A stretch of 32,233 nt of DNA from Octopus bimaculoides (lineage: Eukaryota), in assembly GCF_001194135.2 (NCBI RefSeq), contig NC_068998.1, positions 52,275,849 to 52,308,081 on the forward strand, in the 5' to 3' direction. Both the position numbers and the translations under genes were made by a program. Below the pieces are notes generated by a model, which was not told where the DNA came from, searched no databases, and was given only the letters and a program-made list of their open reading frames with translations. Below are positions 10,504 to 22,050 of the stretch, piece by piece (position 1 is the stretch's first letter; every line of letters begins with the position of its first letter).

Positions 10504-11139
10504 AACATTTACTGTCGCCACTATTATTGGCGTTGTTTTATTGTCATTTGTCGTCGCCAACATTATATACATACATATATNNNNNNNNNNNNNNNNNNNN
10601 NNNNNNNNNNNNNNNNNNNNNNNNNNNNNNNNNNNNNNNNNNNNNNNNNNNNNNNNNNNNNNNNNNNNNNNNNNNNNNNNNNNNNNNNNNNNNNNNNNNN
10701 NNNNNNTATGTATGTATATATAGCCGCACATATATGGGTGTAAAAGGATTTGCTATTGACGCAAAATGTCAAGATCTGGAAACAAGATTGCCAAATAGGT
10801 AATAACGAGATACGTTTGTGTATGTTCTCGTTGTTCGTGTTGCGGTTTACTTGATTACTTTCCTGTTCTTCGAGCATTACTTGTAGTTGTTGTTGTTGTT
10901 AATCCAGTTTTGATTGTTTTCTTTTTGTTTTAATCTTTTTTTCTTTTTCTTATATTATTCTATGGCTTATTTCTGCGCAGGTGCACAATTAAGCAAGGAT
11001 TGAACCAAGAGAAGAACAAAAAAAACCCATCTCCTTCCAGAGCATCATGTCTGGGATAACATTATTTAGCATAGAACAGTATAACAAGGACTGCTCTCGT
11101 TCAATGATGGCAATATATGTATATATATATCTTCTATCT

Positions 11140-11380
11140 TCTTATCTTTTGCTTCTTTCAGTCATTGCACTGCGGCCATGCTGGGGCATCACCTTTAAGA
11201 GTTAGTAGTCGAACGAATCGACCCCGGTGCTTCCCATTGTTTTTTTTTTCTTACGCTTGGCGCTTATTCTATCGGTTGCTTTTGCTGAACTGCTAAATTA
11301 CGGGGAAGACGGGGATGTAAACAAACTAGCACTGCTTGTCATGCGGTCGTAGGTCACAAGCACGAGCACAAAACACACAC
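11140..11380 (-). mobile_element. Family B SINE, 3' half
   Basis: CTGCGGCCATGCTGGGGCA..GTCGAACGAATCGACCCC..CTTATTCTATCGGTTGCTTTTGCTGAACTGCTAAATTACGGGG is shared with 16252-16350, and it runs into a CA/TA array. Confidence 0.8.
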
Positions 11381-11476
11381 ACATAGACATACACTTACAA
11401 ACATGCATACATACATGCTCACGCACGTACATACATACATATGCATATACACATATACACATGCACACACACATGT

Positions 11477-11521
<45 letters not shown>

Positions 11522-12139
11522 GACTGATGGTTTGACATCTGTCTCGGAGCCTTCCCTCCTCGCAATACCTTATACACAGGCCCATCGTCTGCTATTTGAT
11601 CCAAAACCGGGTACATTTAACGGTTTTAGCACTCCAAACCTGTATAGATCTGAGCCAGATAGTTAGTTATCTGTGGTTAGCGCCTTATTCCACAAGACTC
11701 ATGAAAATGCTAGCTGATATCTCACCGCCAGATACATCACAGTATTATTATTAGAACTAAGTACATCATATAAATTACCATACATTCCAAAAGTCAGGTT
11801 GGTCACGGTTGAAATGCTTTCGTTATATAAATTTGCTTAATCTAGCCCCGATACGGAAACTAAACATCAACATGAATGATAAAGGAAAAACCGCTATAAA
11901 TAACTATGAAACCTATAGCCGCCATATTAGAACACAAACGACAACAATGTATACCATAAGAGTAATAATAATAACTAAAAAAGTAATAAAAAAGAAAATC
12001 AACAACATTAACAACAACAACAACAGCAATTATAGGAGATAACACCTTTTAACAGGCAAGTTTATGGTGTGAAATGGCCGACACCATACATATATCTGAC
12101 TGAAAAACTTGGCTTATTAATGCGCTTAGAGTAGTACAT

Positions 12140-12968
<829 letters not shown>

Positions 12969-13429
12969 NNNNNNNNNNNNNNNNNNNNNNNNNNNNNNNN
13001 NNNNNNNNNNNNNNNNNNNNNNNNNNNNNNNNNNNNNNNNNNNNNNNNNNNNNNNNNNNNNNNNNNNNNNNNNNNNNNNNNNNNNNNNNNNNNNNNNNNN
13101 NNNNNNNNNNNNNNNNNNNNNNNNNNNNNNNATATATGCATGTATGTATTATATATATTAGCTAATCATACACATATATACATCAATGGTGGAAAAGTCG
13201 GCGAGACGAAAGAGAATAAAGAAATGGCTGTTTTTGAAAACAGTTCGCGGGCATTGAGAGGAATCAAATGTACATTGGGAAAAATGTTTCGCTGTCTAAC
13301 TGGTTTAAGATTGCCAAAACTAATAACCTCTATGTCAGACTACAAAGAATTCAATAAAACAAACAAATCTATTAGGAATCCGTTGCCAGTGTGCGTGATT
13401 TTTCTCCGCACACACAGAACAAATCACAC

Positions 13430-13667
13430 ACCCACACACACACACATATAAATGAGTATGTGTGTGTATATGTATATGTAGGTATGTATATATATATATG
13501 TATGCACACATATGGAATGGTAAGGATAAGGTGTGTGGGGAGGAATGATTGTGTGTTAGAAAGTGATAGGTTTTGGTTAATAAGTGAATAGTTTTTAGCT
13601 ACGTGGATATGCATGTGTGCGCATGCGCTAGGCAATATGAGGTTCTCGCGTGTGCGTGTTATATATA

Positions 13668-13703
<36 letters not shown>

Positions 13704-13769
13704 TACACACACATATATACATATATATTTATGTATGCATACATATATATATGAATATATACAAGTATC

Positions 13770-13835
<66 letters not shown>

Positions 13836-14225
13836 TAGAGAGAGAGAGGGAGAAGATAGATACATAGATAGACAGAGATAGATAGATTTATTGATAGATA
13901 TATATATATGCATTCATATTTATATATATATATATATACACACACACACATATTTGGACAGGTATATAACGATATATGTATATATAACAGTATTTTCTAT
14001 AGTATCTACATATATATATAAACACACACACATAGATGCATACATGTGTGCTCGTGTGTGTCGGTGTGTATAGATGTCTGTCCCATTGTATCTGTGTCCG
14101 GGTGCGCGTGTGTCCACGTCCGTGCGTGTCCTTGTCCATGTGTATATGTATGTGTGCGCATGTGTTTTTGTGTGTGTGTGCATGTGTGTGTGTGTGTGTG
14201 TGTTTGTGTGCGTGTGTGTTTGCGT
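13430..14225. repeat. TA/TG/GATA compound microsatellite block
   Basis: Directly visible. Confidence 0.9.
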
Positions 14226-14501
14226 GTGCCCGCCTATTGTACAACTTCTGATTTGGTGAAAGTGTTAGAATTATTAATGGACCGAAAAACGGACACTTGG
14301 ACACACTGGCAGCAGGCGCACTTGGTTTTAGCACCTCAACACAGAATAAAAGAGAATATGTTGGACATTTTTACATTACGCTTTTTTGGGTTGTTGCTGT
14401 TGTTGTTGTTCTTTTGCTAATTTTTGTGCTCCTCTGCTTCATTATGTGTTTGTCTTCTTTTGATGGTCAGGGCAAGCTTTTCGACAGACATGGCAGACAG
14501 G

Positions 14502-14521
14502 ATATATATATATATATATAT

Positions 14522-14582
<61 letters not shown>

Positions 14583-14785
14583 CTCAGAACACACATACAT
14601 ACAATAAAAGTATAAACAGTCTCACTCACACACACACATACAAACGCATACGCATACACACATGCAGACACGCACCTACATTCACATATAGATAGGTGAG
14701 TAAGCTGATAGATAGATAGATAAACAAACAGACAGACAGACAGACAGACGGATAGATAGATAGATAGATAGACTGACAGACAGAC

Positions 14786-14829
<44 letters not shown>

Positions 14830-15109
14830 TGAAAGACAAACAGATAGCTAAAGAAAGTGAAGGAGAAAAGGAAAGAGTGCGAAAATTGATCGAGGTAAAT
14901 GATTGGATTGATAGACAGATAGATGAAGAAATATTTATGTGTATATCTATGTACGTACCTGTGTATGTATGCATCTATCTATTTATCTGTCTATCTTTCT
15001 GTCTGTCTGTCTGTTTGTCTATCTGCCTTCTATCCATCTATCTATCTATTATTATATATATATAGGGAAAGATGAATAAAAAGTTAGATATTTATATAGA
15101 TATATATAA

Positions 15110-15155
<46 letters not shown>

Positions 15156-15215
15156 CTATGTATGTGTGTCGGTGTGTGTGTCGGTGTGTGGCCCGGTGTG
15201 TGGGCCGGTGGGTGT
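14502..15215. repeat. (TA)(CA)(TA), (GATA)/(GACA), (GA), (TCTG) and (TG)n compound block
   Basis: Directly visible. Confidence 0.9.
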
Positions 15216-15281
15216 ATATACAAGTGAAATGCACAGATATTATCTAGACATGCAGACATTTTGATACTCATATTAAAGTAT

Positions 15282-15793
15282 AGAAAGAGAGAGAAAGAGA
15301 GAGAGAGAGAGTGAGCCGCAGAGAAAGAGAGTAAGAGTGAGAGGAAGAGAGAGAGAGAGAGATAGAAAGACTGATAGAGGAAGAAATGGAGTAGGAGAGA
15401 TAGATAGGTAGAGAGAGAGGGGTTAGCACCAGGAAAAGGGGTGAGAGAGAGCGGGAGAGAGGGAGTGAGAGAGACAGGGAGTAGGAGAAAGGGAGATAAA
15501 GAAAGTAGGAAAGAGAGACAGAAGAGAGAGAGAGGCGGGGAGAGCAGGATGGAGAGAGAGAGATAGAGAGGGAGAGAGTCTGATAAACCTGTGATCGATA
15601 GATAGATGAATAGAGGTGAAAACAGTGACAAAAATGTGTGAGAAAGAGGGAGAGAAGGAGGGAGTGACGATGTATATGATTATGTCTAAGTTAGAATGTA
15701 AGAGAGGGACAGAAAGGGAGAGAGACAGAGAGGGAGAGAAAGAGAGAGAGAGAGAGACAGAGAAAGAGAATGAGAGAGGGAGACAGACAGAGA
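15282..15793. repeat. Degenerate GA-rich polypurine tract
   Basis: About 510 bp dominated by A and G on the plus strand. Confidence 0.9.
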
Positions 15794-16047
15794 GTTCGCC
15801 CATTGATGGTGTGGTGTGGAATGGTCTCGAATATAAAGAACACAAAGTATGGATGCTGCTATTAGGGACACTTCTAAAGATTGGTGTGGAATCTGACACG
15901 ATCAAAGCTACATATGGTCACATGGTCAATACAGATCAAAATGACAGCCATTCAATGTTGTTTTAGAGATCTGTGTAACGACGAGTGAGAAACAAGGTGG
16001 TCGTACGCACAGCTTGCTGGAAATACTAACCAAATCATTCTTAAATT

Positions 16048-16163
16048 GGCACGGGCATGGCTGTTTGGTCTAGAAGATCGCTTCCCAACTATGTGATTGG
16101 GGGTTTAGTGCCACTGTGCGGCACTTGGAAAATGTGTCTTCTGCAAGAGCCCCGGAACGACCA
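16048..16163 (+). mobile_element. Family B SINE, 5' tRNA-like head
   Basis: GGCACGGGCATGGCTGTTTGG (A-box-like), GGGTTTAGTGCC (degenerate B-box), then GGCACTTGGAAAATGTGTCTTCTGC..CGACC matching 1056-1100. Confidence 0.65.
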
Positions 16164-16221
16164 GTTTCTTTTCAGTGAATTTGCTAGACTTATGTAGAAG
16201 CCCGCTGTACATATTATTATT

Positions 16222-16412
16222 TTAATTCTTTCATTTGTTTCAATCATTTGACTGCGGCCATGCTGGGGCACAGCTTCCAGTCAAACAAATCGACCCCAGG
16301 AATTATTCTTTATTCTGCCGGTCTCTTTTGCTAAACCGCTAATTTACGGGGACGCGTAAACACACCAACATCGGTTGTGAAGAGATATTGGGGGAACAAA
16401 CACAGACACACA
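16222..16412 (-). mobile_element. Family B SINE, 3' half
   Basis: TTTCAATCATTTGACTGCGGCCATGCTGGGGCA..AATCGACCCCAGG..GGTCTCTTTTGCTAAACCGCTAATTTACGGGGACGCGTAAACACACCAACATCGGTTG matches 11140-11380 and the reverse complement of 1235-1300. Confidence 0.8.
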
Positions 16413-16468
16413 TGCATATGTGTGTGTGTGTGTGTGTGTGTGTGTATCACAAGAAAACAAATAAGTAC

Positions 16469-16752
16469 ATTAATGTAGACTTACCTTGTATTCAATATTT
16501 CGGGGTTATGACCCCAGTTTAAAGAAATCAACAAATGTTGCCGATGAGCGTGTGCATGAGCGTGTATATGTATATATACATATAGACATACACATACATA
16601 TACGACGGGCTTCCACACAGTTTCCTCTATCAACTGATGAAGGATCCCACACGCTCACACACACGCATATCGCATATCGGCAACATTCATCGATTTCTTG
16701 AAAATGGGGTCATCACCCCGAAAGATTGAATACAAGGTAAGTCTACATTAAT
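16469..16752. mobile_element. Fold-back / MITE-like element with 77-bp inverted arms and TTAA flanks
   Basis: 16469-16545 is the reverse complement of 16676-16752 with 7 mismatches in 77 bp by my count. TTAA occurs at 16470-16473 and 16748-16751. No coding capacity. Confidence 0.75.
16597..16633 (-). mobile_element. Short family B SINE piece inside the fold-back element
   Basis: CATATACGACGGGCTTCCACACAGTTTCCTCTATCAA closely matches 16887-16925. Confidence 0.6.
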
Positions 16753-16886
16753 TCACATATTTGTTTTCTTGTGATTTACCATGCATTTACTTCGCATTGT
16801 TTTGGCCTTACCCACGATCCTTTATACAATATATATATATATATATACATACATACATATTATTATTATTATTATTATTATTATTA

Positions 16887-17048
16887 CATATACGATGAAC
16901 TTCCACATAGTTTCTGTCTGCCAATTTCGTTGACAGGGCGTTGGTCGGTCCAGGATATCGTAAAAGAAACTTGCCCAATGTATCCACGAAATAAGACTGA
17001 ACAGAGAACCACGGGTTTGCAAAACGAGCGTCTTAAGCACACAGGCGT
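16887..17048 (-). mobile_element. Family B SINE, 5' half
   Basis: CATATACGATGAACTTCCACATAGTTTCTGTCT..TTGGTCGGTCCAGG..ACTTGCCCAATG..GACTGAAC..CTTAAGCACACAGGC is the reverse complement of the family B head and 5' body. Confidence 0.7.
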
Positions 17049-18438
17049 GTTTGCACAACATTTTATATCCTTGTCTTTTAAATGTCAACTTTAAAAAGCA
17101 AATGAATGTAATATGATAAACTGTCTTGTTAGTTACGATAGAAAGAAAAAGCAAACCGAATATATACACCACCTGTGTATGTAAATTAAACGGTAAGGCT
17201 AAGTATAGTTTCAAACGCAGCGTTAAAATTTCCATACAGGCAATAAAGTCAGTCACTACACCTGCAGCATTATTAACGTTCTGAATTCTGTGTGCATACA
17301 TACATATATGTACATGTCGTACATTAAATGTTGTTAAGTAGTAACAATGAGGCGCTGAAGAAGAGTTAACAAAAAGAAGAGACAATATTCAAAAGAAAAC
17401 AGCAAATGTTTGAGAAGCAATGAGTTAGATATTCCCTAAAAATATTGATTGCATAGAAAACAAACAAAGTTCTTTTATAAAGTTAATGTTGATGTTCCAT
17501 GGAGTGCTACGTAATTTTCCTAAATATATATTTGTGTTGTCTGTAAAGATTTTCATATCTCAGTAAAGGTTAATATCTGCAGGCGTTCTGTTCTGTCACA
17601 TGATTTATTCATCTAAAATTGTACACATCTCTTACATATATATATATATATATATATATATANNNNNNNNNNNNNNNNNNNNNNNNNNNNNNNNNNNNNN
17701 NNNNNNNNNNNNNNNNNNNNNNNNNNNNNNNNNNNNNNNNNNNNNNNNNNNNNNNNNNNNNNNNNNNNNNNNNNNNNNNNNNNNNNNNNNNNNNNNNNNN
17801 NNNNNNNNNNNNNNNNNNNNNNNNNNNNNNNNNNNNNNNNNNNNNNNNNNNNNNNNNNNNNNNNNNNNNNNNNNNNNNNNNNNNNNNNNNNNNNNNNNNN
17901 NNNNNNNNNNNNNNNNNNNNNNNNNNNNNNNNNNNNNNNNNNNNNNNNNNNNNNNNNNNNNNNNNNNNNNNNNNNNNNNNNNNNNNNNNNNNNNNNNNNN
18001 NNNNNNNNNNNNNNNNNNNNNNNNNNNNNNNNNNNNNNNNNNNNNNNNNNNNNNNNNNNNNNNNNNNNNNNNNNNNNNNNNNNNNNNNNNNNNNNNNNNN
18101 NNNNNNNNNNNNNNNNNNNNNNNNNNNNNNNNNNNNNNNNNNNNNNNNNNNNNNNNNNNNNNNNNNNNNNNNNNNNNNNNNNNNNNNNNNNNNNNNNNNN
18201 NNNNNNNNNNNNNNNNNNNNNNNNNNNNNNNNNNNNNNNNNNNNNNNNNNNNNNNNNNNNNNNNNNNNNNNNNNNNNNNNNNNNNNNNNNNNNNNNNNNN
18301 NNNNNNNNNNNNNNNNNNNNNNNNNNNNNNNNNNNNNNNNNNNNNNNNNNNNNNNNNNNNNNNNNNNNNNNNNNNNNNNNNNNNNNNNNNNNNNNNNNNN
18401 NNNNNNNNNNNNNNNNNNNNNNNNNNNNNNNNNNNNNN

Positions 18439-18471
<33 letters not shown>

Positions 18472-18773
18472 GCATGTACACACACACACTCGTACTTATT
18501 TAAGATACAGTGGCAGAACTGATTTCATAAAGTCTTGACATGCACACATACAAGTATGAAAAGACAAAAGAAAAAACAAAAAAAGAATAAACCAAAAAAG
18601 CAACTAACGTGTTTGAATGTATCCGAATGTACAAGAAATTCTGGCAACAAAAACGTTGTGAAAATGGATGTCACCACATAAATACAATCACACAAACGAC
18701 CCGAAGAGAGAAGACACATATTTGCCCCTTTGCTGCAGTAATTTAAACACCTCTTTATATCGTTAGCATATTA

Positions 18774-18774
<1 letters not shown>

Positions 18775-18829
<55 letters not shown>

Positions 18830-18830
18830 G
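18775..18830. repeat. (ATT)n microsatellite
   Basis: Directly visible. Confidence 0.95.
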
Positions 18831-19189
18831 TTATGTTATTTTAGGCTAGGTTTTTATATTTTTGATACACATTAGCACCTACTTCTTTGGAAATTTGTCA
18901 CCTCTTATAATTTTTCATATTTTCAGTGTTCTTTTTATATATTTTGTATATATTTATGGTTATTTTTATATTGAATATAATTTTATTTTTCCCAAAGCTC
19001 TCAACAATTACGCATTGTGTTTTCGTTTTTTTTTCTTTTTTTTTTTTTGCCCCCGATATTGTTTTAGATTTTATTTTTAACGCTTGAAAACCACAGAATG
19101 TCATTCGCCATTTTGAGGAAAATATCTATGCTTAATCAAGAGAAATGAAGTCAAAATTCTATGTTGAAAATTCTGTAGTAAGTTACACA

Positions 19190-19605
19190 ATACACACACA
19201 CAGACGTATAAATATACACATACAAACATAGACACACACACTCTCTCTCTCTCTCTCTCTCACACACATATGTATCAAGATGGAAACCTAGAAAGAGAGA
19301 GAGAGAGAGAGAGAGCCAGAAAAATAAACATACTTGAGACACAAGCATGAAAATGTATACACAGCGCGCGTGCGTACACACACATACAATATCTATACAC
19401 ATATACATATATATATATATATGCATACACACTATATACTTGTATGTAGGTACGTATGTATATATGCATATATATATATATATGATATGAATATATGTAA
19501 TGTATATACACGCACACAAACATGTATATGTTTATATGTGTGTGTGTGTGTGTGTCTGTTTTTATGTATATATGTTTATATCTATGTGTATACACACGCA
19601 CACAT
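19190..19605. repeat. CA/CT/GA/TA compound microsatellite
   Basis: Directly visible. Confidence 0.85.
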
Positions 19606-19879
19606 GTTATTGAACTGTATCGATCATGGCCGCTCTGAGAGTTATTGAGAAACATCTTATTAATGATCAGACGATCACGTGATGTTTATGCCTTGTATTC
19701 TTTCAGATTTCTTGTAATTGTCCGCCATGATATTAGGGGAAGTCGACGCCACTAGACGTACCCAAGATACCAGCAGGTGGTGTTAGACCAGGTAGGCTAT
19801 ATCAGGGTGTGAATTCAGGATGTAAAAATCCGAATGTCGTAAGTCATCCCTTTCCATTTTCTTCTTGCCCTTCGAAATA

Positions 19880-20008
19880 CATTACAATCCGAGAATAATG
19901 AAAACTAAAGTTGACTCTTGTCGGATTTGAACTTAGAGCATATAGTTTCGGAATGTATACCTCCCGGTATCCGGTCCGGTTTTCTTACTGATTTGCCAAT
20001 CCATCACC
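19880..20008 (-). mobile_element. Family A SINE, diverged
   Basis: GAAAACTAAAGTTGACTCTTGTCGGATTTGAACTTAGAGCATA...TTTGCCAATCCATCACC parallels the family A body and head (AAAGTCGACCTCGGCGGAATTTGAACTC...GCCAGCTCGCC). Confidence 0.6.
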
Positions 20009-20009
20009 T

Positions 20010-20430
20010 CGACTACCCGAATGGCTGAAAAATCAAAGTTGACCTCGGTGGGATTTGAACTCGTAGCATATAAAACTGGCACTCCGTCGGTTGCGACGAC
20101 GAGGCTTCCAGGTGATCCGATCAACGGAACGGCTGCCTTGGGAAATTAACGTGGCTGAGCACTCCATAGACACGCGTACATTTAGCATAGTTCTCATTGA
20201 GATTCAGCGTGACACAAAGTGTAACCAGGCTGGCCCTTGTGAATTACAGGTACAACTCATTTTTGCCAGCTGAGTGGTTTGGTGTAACGGGAAATAACGT
20301 GACATAACACACCGTCAGGAATCGACCAACACGACCTTATGATCCTGAGCGGAATATCCTAACCACTTATCAACGCGTCTTCACAACTCATAGAGCATAG
20401 AATCGTTAGAAATACTGCCAGGCATTCATT
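20010..20430 (-). mobile_element. Family A SINE split by a family C insertion (pieces about 20010-20070 and 20385-20430)
   Basis: CGACTACCCGAATGGCTGAAAAATCAAAGTTGACCTCGGTGGGATTTGAACTCGTAGCATA precedes the insert; AACTCATAGAGCATAGAATCGTTAGAAATACTGCCAGGCATTC follows it and continues the family A sequence. Confidence 0.55.
20076..20381 (-). mobile_element. Near full-length tRNA-derived SINE, family C (central CCACTCAGCTGGCAAAAATGAGT domain)
   Basis: The minus strand starts with a tRNA-like head (TGATAAGTGGTTAGG A-box-like; GGTCGATTCC B-box-like), then CCACTCAGCTGGCAAAAATGAGTTGTACC, and a tail GATCGGATCACCTGGAAGCCTCGTCGTCGCAACCGACGGAGTGCCAG. Single copy in the window; recognised from recall of an abundant octopus SINE. 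Confidence 0.75.
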
Positions 20431-21027
20431 TTATACAACACCGTATCGACTCAGTCAATTCGCCCACTTTAAGACGCCATTTTAAGGAGGTATTTCTGTT
20501 GTAAAGGTAAATATGGTCGACGGCGTCTGCTGAACGCAATCTATAAGAAGAGAAAGTTGACGGAGAAATTCTGCAAAGAAATTCTGCGAAGAAATTCTGT
20601 TGTACTTCTCTACTGATTTCTTCATAATGATAAACTTTGTAATATATTTAAAATGTCGTTGACTTAATCAGGCGACGTTCACCATTGCAAACCAGTGACG
20701 ATTCGCCATGACACTTTCTCTTGTTTTAATCTTAACTTTCTTGCTTTACTTTTTATTTCGCAGCATCGTTTGATCATATAACATTTATTTCACAAGTATT
20801 GAGTTTTGTTTTCCTTGTGCTTTTCGTTGTTATTCTCTTTGTTGTTGTTCTTTTTTTCTTTTTTTTGTTGTGTGTATTTCGTCGAAATTGTAATAGAGTT
20901 ATATATATTTTATTTTATTTTCACGACAGATGGCGTTCGTTATCTGTTTACATTCGCTGTAGAAATTTTATTCATTTGAAGAACCTCTTGTTAACTGCTT
21001 TATTACCGATGTCGGTGCTGACGCCGC

Positions 21028-21137
21028 CATCGTCATCATCATCATCGTCATCATCATCATCATAATCGTCGTCGTCCTCATCGTTGTCGTCATCATCATC
21101 ATCATCGTCGTCGTCATCATCATCATAACCATCATCG
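21028..21137. repeat. (TCA/TCG)n array
   Basis: Directly visible. Confidence 0.9.
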
Positions 21138-21536
21138 CTGTAATGTAGTACCTTGAACGCCATTATCGGTATAATTTAATATATACATATATACACATAC
21201 ATGCACACGTACACACACGCACACATATGTACCTATACACATACTCACACAAACAATAGTGAAAAAAACCCCACAAAAGCTTACGAAATTAAAACCAAAA
21301 CCAAATACAACTAAAATAAAATCACAGGAACTGCAAGTAACAACAGTAAAAGCTAAACTAAGTAAGTAGGAATTTACTGGTGACATTAATAAGAGGAACT
21401 CGGAGTATGGTCACAAGCTGCCGAACACACAAAGTTTCTAGAATAATCTTATTAAAAACAGAACATCAAATGCTTACATTCTTATCAGTTCTTTGTTCTT
21501 TTCGTTTTTGATTTTGTTACATGTTGTATTTATTAC

Positions 21537-21608
21537 CTTCCGTTTGTTGAAAGGCAGGTGAATGTTGGAAGAATGGCCAGTATGAAAGGACTAATTTTGA
21601 GCGTACAC
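21537..21608 (-). other. Candidate 72-bp internal exon of an unidentified gene
   Basis: Acceptor CCCTTCTCC(T)10ACAG|G and donor AAG|GTAATA; length divisible by 3; two open frames (VRSKLVLSYWPFFQHSPAFQQTE or CTLKISPFILAILPTFTCLSTNG). Protein not recognised. Confidence 0.4.
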
Positions 21609-21844
21609 CTGTAAAAAAAAAAGGAGAAGGGCTCTTGCTCTGTTGTTCAGTCACTCGTGGCTTTTGAGGGTTCTTTCCACGAGGACCTTAAAGCGCCTCA
21701 CCCGCTTTTGAGAGTTTTAATTTGTTCACTTTTTATTGTTATTATATTGTGTACACGCGGAGAACCCATTGTATCGTCCTGCTTTTGTCTTTCATGTTGT
21801 TGCATGTCATTTAATGTTTTTGTGAGTCCTTGTGGCTAATAAAA

Positions 21845-22050
<206 letters not shown>

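Noticed and set aside
15790-15966. Open frame SSPIDGVVWNGLEYKEHKVWMLLLGTLLKIGVESD...
   Set aside because: No plus-strand acceptor (the upstream sequence is purine-rich), its start lies in a GA repeat, and no family is recognised.
16634-16660. CTGATGA, the first half of a hammerhead ribozyme core
   Set aside because: No stem II closed by GAAA follows at a suitable distance; other CTGANGA hits also lack the second core.
20300-20381. tRNA-like A/B boxes here and in other SINE heads
   Set aside because: No complete cloverleaf; they continue into SINE bodies, so they are not tRNA genes.
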